The notes under the pieces are model-generated. The model was not told where the DNA came from. It was given only the letters and a program-made list of their open reading frames with translations, and did no database searches. This document shows positions 8,582-17,586 of a stretch of DNA of 24,192 nucleotides, in pieces; the stretch's first letter is position 1, and each line of letters opens with the position of its first letter. A program made the position numbers and the translations under genes. Origin of the DNA: a virus (Duplodnaviria; Caudoviricetes); the IMG/VR virus record IMGVR_UViG_3300008266_000464, positions 1-24,192 of that record; one strand, 5' to 3'.

Positions 8582-9732
8582 TATTGCTTCTCCTGCTTTG
8601 CCGCAGCTTTACGAATAAAGACGATATTCTTGTTGCCTTCTGTGACGCGCTCAAACTGCCCCTTCAGTACATTGGCAGCAAGGCTTCTAACCTTTTTCAG
8701 TTCTGCTTCATTCGCAAAGGTAATCGATTCAATGGCTCGTGGCGCAATAACATCAGCCTTATATTCTCTACCCGTCATCGCCCCAGTCATCGGCTTTACA
8801 TTTTCTTCGCCACTAACCGAATTAGGACGGAACGTAACCTTTACACCCTTGTTTGCGCCTTGTCCAATTGCCAAGTCTGGATTGTCTGTCACGAACGCAG
8901 GTGAGTAAGCAAACTGGCTGTCATTACGCAAGAAGTCTGTCAGATTATCCACGTTCATTTCACGATGCAAAGGAACATCAGGGGCGACTACTTTCGGCTT
9001 AATGCTTGCTGGGCCAACTGGGAACCGCTGAATAGAATCAACTCGTGGCATTGGATCAGTTACATGCTTGGCAACAGACTCAGGTGCAACGGCCATTGTC
9101 GCCCCAGTCTTACGAAGATAGTCTTGAGCCATCTTGTCAACGGTCGGGCCAAGTGACTCGGCAATCTTCGGTCCAGCTTTCTTGGCAAGCTTGACTGCGC
9201 CAGTTACTGCCGGTGCTGCATTGATTAGTTCAACGGATTCCATTGTCGGGCGCAGCGTCTGGCCGCTACCTGTTACCGGTGGCATCCCTTCAGCAATGTT
9301 GACCAGTACCTTGCCCAAGTCACCAACTGTCAAGTCCTTCAGTGTCAGCGTACCGATACCCGGGAAGCCCAGCACATCAAAGTCAATCTTCTCGGCACCC
9401 GACTGGATCAATTCACCCACTTTCTTTAGCGCACCCATAGCGCCAGCAGGTTCGAACTTACTTGTCGCATAGCCCAGATCAAGCTGGCCTTGGTTTGGCT
9501 GGGCTACTGGTTTCTTCTTTGCAGGCTTTGCAGCCGTGACAGGCTCTGGTTTACCTGTCACAACGACTTCAGGTAATGACGGCGTTGGCGCAGCAGCAGG
9601 TGCTTCCTCTGCTACAGCTTGTTCTTCGGGCAAGTAGTAACGCATGACGCCATCGGCATCCAACCGCATATCAAGCGGCTGGTCGCCAGACTTCATCATC
9701 TTTGCCTTCATGTACTCCTGATCGAAGTCCAT
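8581..9732 (-). CDS. Putative internal virion protein with C-terminal ADP-ribosyltransferase-like domain
   Basis: 383 aa, TAATG-coupled to both neighbours; C-terminal LHRE / AFVTDNPDLA / GREY..IAPRAIESI motifs. Confidence 0.55.
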   Translation of the reverse strand: MDFDQEYMKAKMMKSGDQPLDMRLDADGVMRYYLPEEQAVAEEAPAAAPTPSLPEVVVTGKPEPVTAAKPAKKKPVAQPNQGQLDLGYATSKFEPAGAMGALKKVGELIQSGAEKIDFDVLGFPGIGTLTLKDLTVGDLGKVLVNIAEGMPPVTGSGQTLRPTMESVELINAAPAVTGAVKLAKKAGPKIAESLGPTVDKMAQDYLRKTGATMAVAPESVAKHVTDPMPRVDSIQRFPVGPASIKPKVVAPDVPLHREMNVDNLTDFLRNDSQFAYSPAFVTDNPDLAIGQGANKGVKVTFRPNSVSGEENVKPMTGAMTGREYKADVIAPRAIESITFANEAELKKVRSLAANVLKGQFERVTEGNKNIVFIRKAAAKQEKQ

Positions 9733-11909
9733 TATTGACCCTTCTGCAACGTATCAAGATCGTTGATATAAATCTGCAAATCCTTTGGCGTCAGCTTCGT
9801 ATTGATGTCGCTCTTCTGCCCAGCGATACTTAACTGAATCTGCTTGCGGACATCAGCGTCTGTGTATTTCTTGTCTTTAGCCAAGTACGTTCTGGTAAAC
9901 GAATCAACACGGCTACGCGCACCATCGATTACGCGCTTCTGCTTATCAGCAACTGCGCCTGCCAACAGCTTGTCCATCTCTTCAGTGGCATTCCAAGGCT
10001 TGTAGTCTTTCGTGCCAATCGTCTTACGATGCGTCAAGAATCGATTGTTAAATTCTGTCTCAACCGCAATGTAAGAATTCTGCGCCTCAATGTCTGCCGC
10101 TGTCTTATTGACTGCCGCCGCAATGTCCTTGGTGTACTTTAATTTGCCACGCGCCTTGTCCAACGCAATACCATTCTCTTGATTACTGACTGTCAGCGCA
10201 TACGCAAAGTATTGCTCTTGGGAATTTAGCGTCAGTGAACCGGCAGACTTCAGTACCATGTCGGTAGTCAACTCACCTCTGGCTCTGGCGAGTTGCAGGC
10301 TGCGAACTATATTCGGATCGTCTTGGGTTCGGGAAGCACTAAAACCCTTGGTGATTTGATCCCACTTAACAGCGTCAATGGTTTTAAGTGTAGCCAAGGC
10401 ATCTCTAACTTCTTTAGAACCTCTTGGCTTTTCAAATATCACCTGCACAAGTTCGTTGGCGCGGTCCTTTTTAATGTCTTCTCTACGGCGATCTTCGCTG
10501 GCACGGAGTTCATTACGCGCCTGAATCTCTTTGCCCATGTGCAAGCGTAATTCATTACGCAAGTCCATGTCCGCTGTTGTCATCATGTAATTAATTGCAG
10601 GGGCATCCTTCACCGGAACGCCAGCCATTATCTGCGTAATCTGTTCTTCAGTTGGATTGGACTGAATAAAGTCAGTTAAGAATGACTTCCCAACTGTAGC
10701 GATAGCAGCACGGGCATTCTTGTAGATGTCTGGCGAGTTAGTCGCCTTTGCTGTCGCGGCAGACTCTTTAAGCTTGTTGGAAATAAAGTCAGAGATTGAT
10801 AGTTCATCAACGCCAATCGTACCGACATTCAAACCGATCAGCTTGTTCTTCAGACTTTCTGCAAACTCTACCGTAGCAGCGGAGCCAGTCAATTCAGCAA
10901 TCTTGGAACTCTTAATCAGCACGTTATAGCGTGAATCAAAGGCAGCATTAAACGACTCGCGGACAGCTTTCTTTTCGTCATCCGTTAAGTAGTCCCACTC
11001 TGCTTGGTAATTCATTCGCTGCGGCTTACCAGCAACATTGATTTCGACATCAAACTTACCGCTTTGTAATGCCTGCTGAACTACCGGTGGATTGTCCAGT
11101 GACGCAGGCGCATTGACTGCATCTTTTAATCTGCCGGCAACAGCCTCACGGAATGACTTAATTGCAGGTTTGTAGAACGTGTCCACATCACCATGCTTGG
11201 CAGCAAACATCTTTGGCGCCTCCAAGATGGTCTTCTCAATTTGTTTAAAGTCAACTGGGATGCCAGCCTGAACTGCCTTATCAACTTGATTGCCAATCAT
11301 CGACGGCATATTGCTGACATACTGATTCATTGAAATGGTGTCGAATGTTTTGACACGCTTGGCTGTTACATCGGCTGCTTTCTCATAAACACTTGAACCA
11401 CGCATTGCCACGTTGGCTTTAAACTTCAAACCAACTTCAGGGTCCATCGCAGCAACAACCGGCGTAGCACCGTCAATTGCATTCTTTACATCAGCAATTG
11501 CTGCCTCTTCTGTAACCTCACCAACCTCAAGCTTTTTCTTTAGGTCATCAAACTTGTTCTCAAGCGAAACCTGCAACTCAGAACTCAGGTTGGCAGCCTG
11601 CGCGGCCATGAACACATCTTTGAAGATGCGACCTTGACCGGAGAAATATTGCTCTAGCTTCTTGCTATCTGCACGAATGACATCCCATTGTGCTGCGGTA
11701 ACTGGGCGATCAACAGCAAACTGCGCTGCCTTCTTACGAACATCTAACTCTTGGTCCTTGGCAACCATTGCAGCCATGCGGTCTAACGCATCGCCGATAT
11801 TCGATGCACCACGCGCACTGACGGCCAAGTCCTCAAAACGCAAGGTCGGCACATCAGCCAACAACGCTCGTTGTGCGCCAGCAGATTGAACTTTAGGTAA
11901 CTCAGCCAT
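9732..11909 (-). CDS. Internal virion (ejection) protein
   Basis: 725 aa, helical A/K/D-rich, position equivalent to T7 gp15; no catalytic motif recognised. Confidence 0.65.
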   Translation of the reverse strand: MAELPKVQSAGAQRALLADVPTLRFEDLAVSARGASNIGDALDRMAAMVAKDQELDVRKKAAQFAVDRPVTAAQWDVIRADSKKLEQYFSGQGRIFKDVFMAAQAANLSSELQVSLENKFDDLKKKLEVGEVTEEAAIADVKNAIDGATPVVAAMDPEVGLKFKANVAMRGSSVYEKAADVTAKRVKTFDTISMNQYVSNMPSMIGNQVDKAVQAGIPVDFKQIEKTILEAPKMFAAKHGDVDTFYKPAIKSFREAVAGRLKDAVNAPASLDNPPVVQQALQSGKFDVEINVAGKPQRMNYQAEWDYLTDDEKKAVRESFNAAFDSRYNVLIKSSKIAELTGSAATVEFAESLKNKLIGLNVGTIGVDELSISDFISNKLKESAATAKATNSPDIYKNARAAIATVGKSFLTDFIQSNPTEEQITQIMAGVPVKDAPAINYMMTTADMDLRNELRLHMGKEIQARNELRASEDRRREDIKKDRANELVQVIFEKPRGSKEVRDALATLKTIDAVKWDQITKGFSASRTQDDPNIVRSLQLARARGELTTDMVLKSAGSLTLNSQEQYFAYALTVSNQENGIALDKARGKLKYTKDIAAAVNKTAADIEAQNSYIAVETEFNNRFLTHRKTIGTKDYKPWNATEEMDKLLAGAVADKQKRVIDGARSRVDSFTRTYLAKDKKYTDADVRKQIQLSIAGQKSDINTKLTPKDLQIYINDLDTLQKGQ

Positions 11910-11929
11910 TTCTATGCCTTGTCAGATTG

Positions 11930-12520
11930 TTATGGGCTTGGCATACCATATGCCGGAACTGGTGATGCACCGGGGTAATTCAGCGGATTTACCCCTGTTG
12001 TTGTTGTGGCCCCGACTGATCCACGGCTTGCTACGCTGGGCGTTGCCAAGTCTTGACCTGTCTTGAAACCCATAAACGCAGAGATACCCGCATCCAAAAG
12101 ACCTTGGGTAAATGCCGTCTTGCCAGCTTGACGATAAATTTCACCCTGCGCTTCACCAGCCAGTTGCGCTTCCAGACCCATATTGACGGCCTGAATCGCG
12201 TTCTCACGGGTAATGTCAAAGTCACGACCCGATAAGATACCCTGCTGGAACACAACCTCTGCTGCCGATCCTTCACCACCGCGAACACCACCAGCCGCCG
12301 CACGAGCATTAACTGCTGCCATATACTTACGATAGTTCTTCAGGACATCCAGCGCCTGATTGTTGTAGTTCAACGCAGCGATACGGCCCTTTAATGCCTC
12401 ACGCGCACCTTGCAAGCGAGATTGCTCGGCCTGCAAGTTGTACATCTTCTGCGTTTGAATGCCACCGTATATCTTCGATCCGGCAGCTACAGCAGCAAGT
12501 GCATAAGGTAAAAATTGCAT
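11930..12520 (-). CDS. Small internal virion protein (T7 gp14-like position)
   Basis: 196 aa, hydrophobic A/G-rich N-terminus, Q/A-rich helix, ARAAAGGV motif, directly after tail tube B. Confidence 0.7.
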   Translation of the reverse strand: MQFLPYALAAVAAGSKIYGGIQTQKMYNLQAEQSRLQGAREALKGRIAALNYNNQALDVLKNYRKYMAAVNARAAAGGVRGGEGSAAEVVFQQGILSGRDFDITRENAIQAVNMGLEAQLAGEAQGEIYRQAGKTAFTQGLLDAGISAFMGFKTGQDLATPSVASRGSVGATTTTGVNPLNYPGASPVPAYGMPSP

Positions 12521-14496
12521 TATGTCCCCGCGTAAGTCGATACTTTATATTCGAGACCCAGCAATGTCATCTTTAGTGGAAGTGTTTGTTTGACATCAAC
12601 ATACGCCTCTTTGCTGTAGCCCAAGATGCCTTCGAGTTCTTTTAGCCCGGTATAGGTCGGTTCAGGTTGGTCAAGAATGTCCTCACCGAACTTCTTAAAC
12701 GTCACCAGTTTGTCGTTAATGACAAAGTGCTGGGTCTCATACACCATTGCATTAACTTCAACGATGCGCTTTTTAAACGATGTGCGTACCCCAGCTGTTG
12801 TTTTTACTTCAACTGGCATTGTCTTGACTTGTGTATTAAATGGCAACCCGACTTCATACGATGCTGCCGCAGGACGTTCAAACGTCACTGAACCACTAGC
12901 AACGACTTCGTTCTCTAAGACAACCCCGTCGGCCAAAACATTAACAGTTTTGCCATTAAGCGGCAGGCCTGTAGCACTACTAGCAGCGCCACCAGTTTTA
13001 TTACAGTCGGTATAAGTCCCGTCTGTAAATAACTCCACAAAGTATCGATCAGACCCACCAACCACCCGTTTCACAAGTACATAAATGTCTGACACATCGA
13101 CGCCGACTTCTTCAAATGTTCCATCTGTCGTAAACTCAGACGCAGCCACAATTTGTTGAGAGCGCAGCACGGTGTAGACCGCCATTGTGCCATCAGAAAC
13201 ATTTGGCACCAACAGCAAATCACCTTCGTCTGTCGATGTTGCCTTACGCAAAGCCAGACGCTTTGGGTTCTTCATCAGGTGCGATGAAAGTAGCGACACC
13301 CGCTGCGTCGTATATGTGGCTTCAACATCGGTATAGATGAATTCGTTGAGCGATTTGCCTTGGCGTTGCAAGTAGATCGTCCCACCGTCAAGCTGCTGAA
13401 CACGAGCGCCTTCTTTCGCACCATTCTTACTTGCCGCTTTGACAAAGAAGTTGGTCGGAGTAATTGGGTCTAGGCCCGACTGCGGAACATAGAACTCAGC
13501 CCCAGTAGTAAACACTTGCAGATCACGAGCAGAAATAATATCAACGATTGTATTAAGCTGATTCGTGTCGAGAGTGGCTTCAAGCGCATCGTCTTCATAT
13601 CCGCTGTCAGGTCTGAAATCAAAGAACAAACCTACTTTGCTGCCCCAGACCGTCGAGACACGCGACTTGGAACCGCCAAAGAAGAGCCTTCCTTCGTGGA
13701 ACGTGACTGAGCGAGGCCACCCACGACTGGCGGACCAAACAGCCTCATAACCCCCTTCGACTTCCCATGATCCACTTGCGATGGCATTGGTGTCAAAGAA
13801 CGGGATTTCAGTGATTCCGCGAACCACCGTGCCAGAATCATAAGCCGTTATCCTTAGTCGCCCTTGTGGCGTTGCGTTGATGTACTGACCTACGCTACCC
13901 GCAGTAAAGACTGACGCCGATGCTGTTAGCTTTACCGTGCCAGATGTTTTATCCGGTGTCAGTGTCGCAGCAGGATTGGTAAACGTCTGCGTAAATGCGT
14001 AAAACGGAATTGAATCAAAAGTTATAGTGGAAATTGTCCACGACGCATCTGTGCCGCCTCGGACCAGCTTAATAGGGTTAACGTCTGGATGCACGATAAT
14101 CATCGTGTCAGCCGATTGGGTATAGCAAATTGTGTTTAAACGGGAACCTGTTAGACCAACACTGCTAGTGTTTAGATAAGCATTACCAGAGCCATTGATG
14201 TTCGTAATCAAGGAACCGTCTTTAAAGACAGCCATTTGGTTATTGGTAAACACCAACATATAACTGTCAGCCACTGAGAACTCAAACGGAACCAGTCGTG
14301 CGCCTGATGAGGCATTAGCGATCTCAGCAATATACTTTGAGCCGGAACGACGCTTCACACCACCTTGCGGCTGAACGATTACATTCGTCAACTTAGAGCA
14401 GGCATTCTCGTATTGTTTTAAATCAATACGCGCCCTTAACAACGGATCAATCTCGCCCGAAGTAAAGTTCGTCTGAATGTTGATGAAGCGAGTCAT
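12520..14496 (-). CDS. Tail tubular protein B / nozzle (T7 gp12, P22 gp10-like)
   Basis: 658 aa; QTNFTSGEIDPLL.AR.D, PQGGVKRRSG, LVPFEFS, YTQSAD, GWPRSVTFHEGRLFFGG, VWGSKVG..FDF motifs. Confidence 0.9.
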   Translation of the reverse strand: MTRFINIQTNFTSGEIDPLLRARIDLKQYENACSKLTNVIVQPQGGVKRRSGSKYIAEIANASSGARLVPFEFSVADSYMLVFTNNQMAVFKDGSLITNINGSGNAYLNTSSVGLTGSRLNTICYTQSADTMIIVHPDVNPIKLVRGGTDASWTISTITFDSIPFYAFTQTFTNPAATLTPDKTSGTVKLTASASVFTAGSVGQYINATPQGRLRITAYDSGTVVRGITEIPFFDTNAIASGSWEVEGGYEAVWSASRGWPRSVTFHEGRLFFGGSKSRVSTVWGSKVGLFFDFRPDSGYEDDALEATLDTNQLNTIVDIISARDLQVFTTGAEFYVPQSGLDPITPTNFFVKAASKNGAKEGARVQQLDGGTIYLQRQGKSLNEFIYTDVEATYTTQRVSLLSSHLMKNPKRLALRKATSTDEGDLLLVPNVSDGTMAVYTVLRSQQIVAASEFTTDGTFEEVGVDVSDIYVLVKRVVGGSDRYFVELFTDGTYTDCNKTGGAASSATGLPLNGKTVNVLADGVVLENEVVASGSVTFERPAAASYEVGLPFNTQVKTMPVEVKTTAGVRTSFKKRIVEVNAMVYETQHFVINDKLVTFKKFGEDILDQPEPTYTGLKELEGILGYSKEAYVDVKQTLPLKMTLLGLEYKVSTYAGT

Positions 14497-15110
14497 CAGT
14501 ACCTCACAGCAATCAAGCTAAAATCTTCAATTGCTTGTGGCGTCTGACCTTGCCCATCAATATTGGCAGCAATACGGAAATACCCACCACGCCCATTGTC
14601 TGATGGAGCGCCAACGGCTACGCTTTGCCAGTATTGTGCTTTTGTTGCTTGATCAGTCAATGGTTCTGCCAAGTGCCATGCCATCATGTACTTCAGCAGC
14701 TGAACAAAGTACACCGGCATTTTGTTCTCAGGCACCGAAAATTGATAGTCAACCACTATCGTTGGTGAGTTAGTTAATAGCTTATCTTCATAGATTTCCC
14801 ACTCTTGGAATGGCCTAGCGCCGACAGCGGTGCTGGTAAACACAGCGCGTGGTGGGCCAATGCGGTCAGCAGGAAGTTGGTATTCGTATTTCCACTCGTT
14901 AATAGGCGTGTTGATTGTTTGTGCCAGCGAGACTTTCTTGAACGAAAACGCCCAAGGATACTGCTGGATCAACGCATCACGAATGTTGGGATACAGCCGG
15001 TCGCAGATGTTGGCTGAATCAGTGCCTTCGCTAAAGGATGAGATCGGCTTTTCGCCAAGAATCAACAGAGCGTCAGAGCAAATACGCAAAGAGGAATCGC
15101 CAGCAGCCAT
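14496..15110 (-). CDS. Tail tubular protein A / adaptor (T7 gp11-like)
   Basis: 204 aa; ICSDALLILGEKPISS, YPWAFSFK, WKYEYQLPAD motifs. Confidence 0.9.
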   Translation of the reverse strand: MAAGDSSLRICSDALLILGEKPISSFSEGTDSANICDRLYPNIRDALIQQYPWAFSFKKVSLAQTINTPINEWKYEYQLPADRIGPPRAVFTSTAVGARPFQEWEIYEDKLLTNSPTIVVDYQFSVPENKMPVYFVQLLKYMMAWHLAEPLTDQATKAQYWQSVAVGAPSDNGRGGYFRIAANIDGQGQTPQAIEDFSLIAVRY

Positions 15111-15126
15111 TACAAATCCTTCATGT

Positions 15127-15163
15127 AAGAAGGGGCTGACCTCCCAAGTGAGAAGCCAGCCCC
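15127..15163 (-). terminator. Intrinsic terminator after capsid/decoration genes, probably leaky
   Basis: Minus strand GGGGCUGGCUUCUC-ACUU-GGGAGGUCAGCCCC (14 bp including G-U pairs) followed by UUCUU; same position as T7 T-phi. Confidence 0.75.
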
Positions 15164-15182
15164 GGAACTACTTCGAACCGAA

Positions 15183-15464
15183 TTAGTCTGAGTCGGTTGC
15201 AGTGACTGTCAGACCATCAGTTACGTCTACCACGGTGCCGGAGTTGGCGTTTACCCAGACGATTGACATCGCCGGAGTACCACCCGTGCTGGTGTGGCAG
15301 AAGATGATGTCGCCGACTTTGAGCAACGAAGCTACGCTATTGAAATAGCCAGCAGTGTTGACATCGCCGATTGCATCGGTGGTGGTGTATGTCCACATCT
15401 GTGGGGCGTTACCAGCTTTAGACTGAGCGCCAGCAGAGTTAAGACCAGTTGAACTAAATGCCAT
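15183..15464 (-). CDS. Probable capsid decoration/minor head protein
   Basis: 93 aa beta-rich (WTYTTTDAIGDVNTAGYFN..LKVGDIIF), strong SD AAGGAGA, between capsid gene and terminator. Confidence 0.7.
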   Translation of the reverse strand: MAFSSTGLNSAGAQSKAGNAPQMWTYTTTDAIGDVNTAGYFNSVASLLKVGDIIFCHTSTGGTPAMSIVWVNANSGTVVDVTDGLTVTATDSD

Positions 15465-15476
15465 GATTATTCTCCT

Positions 15477-16322
15477 TTACGCGCCGTTTTCATCGCAGGT
15501 GATTTCCACGATGCCTTCGGCGTCGATAGCCACAGCACCAGCCGAGAACATCGAAGCGACCAAATATGAGGTCTTTTCTGGGATGTAGTCGATACGAGTG
15601 GTGAGACCCATGCCTTCGGCCATACCAACAGATTGCTTGTGGAAAGCGTAGACTTTGCGGTCGCCCGATGCCAGCGGCAAACCACCTTCGTCACGATCAC
15701 CAACGGTGATGAACTTGAAGCCGAGGTAAGTATCGACCTGACCAGCCACCAGTGCTTTCACGGTGTTGAAGTCAGACGATTTAACTTCGGTTTCGTCCAG
15801 CAGCGATGCCAAGTTGTTTGCGTGGATAACCACGAAACGGTCAGTCGGAGGCACGTTCTTGGCGTCCAGTTGCTTCTTAGCAGCCAGCAGCTTGTCCAGA
15901 TTCAGGTTGGTGTTGGCACCACCGATGCTGGAGGCGACTGTCAGCGCAGTACCGGAGTTAGTCAGTGCATCGATAATCAGCTGGTCTTGGCGACGTGCGA
16001 TCGACTTCGATACAACCTGAACGAGTTCTTGACGCTCATCAAAGTTGATCTTAGCTTGGTTGAAGATATCCGAATATTCGGCAGCAATGTAGTCGCTCAA
16101 AGTCACAGTTACCTGTGAGTAAGAGACATTTAGCGGAGTGACATCAGTTTGCGGAACGCGAACTGTGGCAACGCCTTTGCCGATCTTTGGGAACTTGTGT
16201 GTTGCAGCCTCTACGCCTGTACGGAGCCGAACAGTGTTACGCAGGACGGACTCAGCCTGATAAGCCTGCTTAACTTCGGCATCGAACAGGGTAACGAAGG
16301 CATTAGATACTGAAATTGCCAT
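15477..16322 (-). CDS. Major capsid protein
   Basis: 281 aa; FVTLFDAEVKQAYQ, FPKIGKG, ARRQDQLIIDAL, LVAGQVDTYLGFKF, IDAEGIVEI motifs; SD GAGG; follows scaffold. Confidence 0.9.
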   Translation of the reverse strand: MAISVSNAFVTLFDAEVKQAYQAESVLRNTVRLRTGVEAATHKFPKIGKGVATVRVPQTDVTPLNVSYSQVTVTLSDYIAAEYSDIFNQAKINFDERQELVQVVSKSIARRQDQLIIDALTNSGTALTVASSIGGANTNLNLDKLLAAKKQLDAKNVPPTDRFVVIHANNLASLLDETEVKSSDFNTVKALVAGQVDTYLGFKFITVGDRDEGGLPLASGDRKVYAFHKQSVGMAEGMGLTTRIDYIPEKTSYLVASMFSAGAVAIDAEGIVEITCDENGA

Positions 16323-16354
16323 GATGTTACCTCGTCAAAAAGTTAGAAAAACAC

Positions 16355-16462
16355 TCTTTGCCTTGGTTATCCAGAGTTTCTGGGCCGCGACTTGCGTTTA
16401 CGCCACGCCATAGGCGGGAAGATTCACCTCCATCAAGGGCCGCGAAGGTTGTCCTTACGGCA
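16355..16462 (-). ncRNA. Candidate structured 5' leader of capsid mRNA
   Basis: Several hairpins, two sharing a GG-AYAA-CC / GG-C-CC internal loop; terminal UUGCC/GGCAA complementarity. Confidence 0.5.
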
Positions 16463-16464
16463 AG

Positions 16465-16493
16465 CTTATACACCCTTTTTTTAAAAAGTGCAA
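16465..16493 (-). promoter_or_regulatory. Sigma70-type promoter for the capsid operon
   Basis: Minus strand TTGCAC (16493-16488), 17-nt A/T-rich spacer, TATAAG (16470-16465), directly after the scaffold terminator. Confidence 0.7.
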
Positions 16494-16494
16494 T

Positions 16495-16518
16495 AAAAAA
16501 GCCCCGCCGAAGCGGGGC
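16495..16518 (-). terminator. Intrinsic terminator after scaffold gene
   Basis: Minus strand GCCCCGC-UUCG-GCGGGGC then UUUUUU. Confidence 0.9.
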
Positions 16519-16540
16519 AATGCCAAGTGGCAGGGAGTCG

Positions 16541-17320
16541 TTAACTTCCGAACGTCTGTTGGAACAGTTTCTCTACTTTGCGACGGTAAGCTGGATCGGT
16601 CTTGTACTCTGGCCGACCCACCATTTCATACAGTTCTTCCTTGCTTGGAGCGCCTTCCATCTGGACGGATTCTACCGGAACTCGACCTTCGTAAGTCTCA
16701 CGAAGTTTTGTCAAAGCGTTAAGACCACGGGCTGTACCACCCCAAACCTTGAACTCTTCGAAGTCCTCGGCTGACCAGATACCCTTCTGCACCAGACCTT
16801 TTGCCCATTGGACATGGCCTTTGATGATGGCATCAGCCTTTGGACCTAACATGGCAAGTTCACGCTCTCTGCTTTGCTGCGTTTCTTCTGCCTGACCACC
16901 CATAATTTCGGCAAACTGACCGGCCATCTCATCAAATGCTTCCTGACTTAGGCCATATTTTGCCGCCCAGCCAACATAGGCGCTTGCCAACGGATCATCG
17001 GAAATGTCGCCACCCAAGACACTGGTGTCATACTTCCCACCTTCCGGAGCTTTGTGCTTTCCTGCACGAAACTTCTTTTCCAGTTCTGTGTACGATTTGG
17101 CAATTTCCTCCAGTAAAGGTTCATTGCCATCCTTGTTCCAAAACTTCTCAGGCCAATAGTCTGGCCGCTCTAAGGGACCGTCATCGTTTTCAACTGCGGA
17201 AGCTGTAGTGGGCTGTTCGATATGCGGAACATCTACACCAGTCTCCGTGGTTGTCGCCTCATCTGGGGAATCAATCGACTCACCAGCGAGGAGGCCGCCG
17301 GTATCTGCTGTGTCACTCAT
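16541..17320 (-). CDS. Capsid assembly (scaffolding) protein
   Basis: 259 aa, acidic N-terminus, RPDYWPEKFW..KSYTELEKK, C-terminal PEYKTDPAYRRKVEKLF; lies between portal and capsid. Confidence 0.85.
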   Translation of the reverse strand: MSDTADTGGLLAGESIDSPDEATTTETGVDVPHIEQPTTASAVENDDGPLERPDYWPEKFWNKDGNEPLLEEIAKSYTELEKKFRAGKHKAPEGGKYDTSVLGGDISDDPLASAYVGWAAKYGLSQEAFDEMAGQFAEIMGGQAEETQQSRERELAMLGPKADAIIKGHVQWAKGLVQKGIWSAEDFEEFKVWGGTARGLNALTKLRETYEGRVPVESVQMEGAPSKEELYEMVGRPEYKTDPAYRRKVEKLFQQTFGS

Positions 17321-17577
17321 TGCAATGCTCTCCTTATACGGACTTCAAGATCGCGGACAACGGCGTTCTGGCCTTCGCGCCAGTAGCCATAACTGTTATC
17401 CGCTCCGGGTTGCCAAGATGGATTCTCAAGATAGACCTCTCGCATCCATTTCAGCAATTTCTGACCGTCCTCAGTGCCAAACACACGTTGTACCAAGCGG
17501 TCTAAGTCTTGTCGTTTTGTCGTTAGTTCTTCTGTATCGACTTTGGGAATTGCGTCTAAATCATCCCACCCTGCCAT
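17317..17577 (-). CDS. Conserved small head-module protein (BPP-1 Bbp19-like)
   Basis: 86 aa; VFGTEDGQKLLKWM...WREGQNAVVRDL motif; SD AAGGAGG. Confidence 0.75.
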   Translation of the reverse strand: MAGWDDLDAIPKVDTEELTTKRQDLDRLVQRVFGTEDGQKLLKWMREVYLENPSWQPGADNSYGYWREGQNAVVRDLEVRIRRALQ

Positions 17578-17586
17578 TTGTCCTCC

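Noticed and set aside
5630-11909. Virion-associated lytic transglycosylase domain in the ejection proteins
   Set aside because: No ES..N..A.S / GLMQ or other lysozyme motif recognised by eye; a divergent domain cannot be excluded.
15465-15479. Capsid and decoration genes are in frame (TAA + 12 nt + ATG), suggesting a readthrough or T7 10B-like fusion
   Set aside because: TAA is rarely read through, no slippery site is evident, the downstream gene has its own strong SD, and in-frame spacing has a 1-in-3 chance.
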